A model generated the notes under the pieces. That model was not told the DNA's origin. It did not search any database and worked only from the letters and a program-made list of their open reading frames with translations. Below are positions 62,713-64,000 of a stretch of 64,000 bases of DNA, piece by piece (within the stretch, counting starts at the first letter, position 1; each line of letters begins with the position of its first letter). Source of the DNA: Sphagnum compactum (taxonomy: Eukaryota); assembly GCA_965153455.1 (NCBI GenBank), contig OZ234494.1:2046001-2110000 (forward strand), in the 5' to 3' direction. Made by a program: the position numbers and the translations under genes.

Positions 62713-64000
62713 CTGTTTAGCACAAAAATTTCTGAGTTTTCTCCCCTCTGGGGCCCCTCGCCGTTGAATACTAATGTTTCTTTTAGCTGTGTTGTTTTTA
62801 ATCTCACCCTGTTTATTACCAAACTCAAGCTTCTAGAGTTGTGTTTTTCTAACTTTAAAGATAAATCTATTGTATGCCCTTAATGATCATACTTTTTTTA
62901 CAAATTCATATTAATTAGTTGTAACTGCATGTTTCACGTTTATTTGTGCAATGAACCATTTGGTTATCAGCAAAAACATTATGGAATCCCCTTCCTTAGG
63001 TAAAATTCATATTTTTCACATTGTTTTACATTTACATTATTTAACATGGTCATTTAAAATGATATAAGTGTATTTGTTTTATGCTTACATTATTTTTCAT
63101 GGCCGCATAAAATCGTATGAATGTATTTATTTTTACACTTACATGATTTTACATGACATAAAATAAATTTACACAATTTTGCACTTACATGTTTCATGTT
63201 TAACATTTTCACTTACATTACATTCCCAAACCATTTACACAAACAACATTAATACCAACCTCCTCCCATTTCATGAATAGTACAATATGTGTGCATCATG
63301 AGTCATGCACCTTATAACATCCTTCCTAGTGCATGGCACAACATGTTTGGAATGAAAAACAATAAATATTATGTTGGATTAGGGGAGTAAAATGACTTTT
63401 GACTAGCATTTTTAGTTGGTGAAAAACATTGCATAGCTTTAACACCTAGTATTGATTAACTAAATTGATTGATTGGTCAAAGTGATTTGCTATTAATAGT
63501 CTCACACCTTTCACAATCCCAATTTCTTATGTGTGGCTAAGGCATGGAAATAATAAACATGGGGTGGACACTAAACAAGAGCAACGAATTAAATGTAGCA
63601 TTGGTTTTGATGAAGTTGCAAAACAATGCCCAACAAGAAAAATATTTTCAAATTTTTTTAATTGTACTAAGAACTATGATTAACATTTTAAATATCTTTC
63701 TTACACAATATTTTCAAGGAACAAAAATGATCTAGTGGTTAGAATCTCCCTTTTCAACCAAAGGGTTTAGGGTTCAATTTTTTTCATTTATTTTTTCTAT
63801 GAACAAAATGGAAGTAAAAAACATTTAATAATTTATTTAGTTCGATGCCCTAGGAAGAAAGGGACTTTCCTCATAGAGGAGACAAAATGGTAACCCCAAC
63901 TATGCTCCCTTGAGAGAAAAGGAATAACTTTCCAAGAAGAAAGGAACTAAGTTGCCTTAAGGTGAAAATACAATATGGATGATTACATAATCCTATTACA

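Overview
This window is AT-rich, intron-containing plant nuclear DNA. Gene divergence and repeat style suggest a moss, probably Sphagnum-like, but that is inference. I reconstructed the genes by hand from splice sites and reading phase. They are: the 3' end of an RST-domain (RCD1/SRO-like) gene (+, 1-1015); a 7-exon TMEM186-like gene (-); a 14-exon ATP-dependent phosphofructokinase with a probable transit peptide (-); a multi-exon pseudogene full of stop codons (-), head-to-head with a 7-exon SSUH2-like zinc-finger gene (+); and a 9-exon ASHR3/SDG4-like SET methyltransferase (+). The intergenic DNA holds decayed transposons: a PIF/Harbinger transposase relic, an RLE/CRE-like non-LTR relic, a hAT-type MITE, Helitron-like ends and solo-LTR candidates. 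It also holds tandem and inverted repeats. I found no convincing new multi-gene system. The best leads are a GGNGT motif and two GC-AG introns in the PFK, a U12-type intron candidate and an apparently missing PHD finger in the ASHR3-like gene, and a solo-LTR candidate built from alternating telo-boxes and GCC-boxes.
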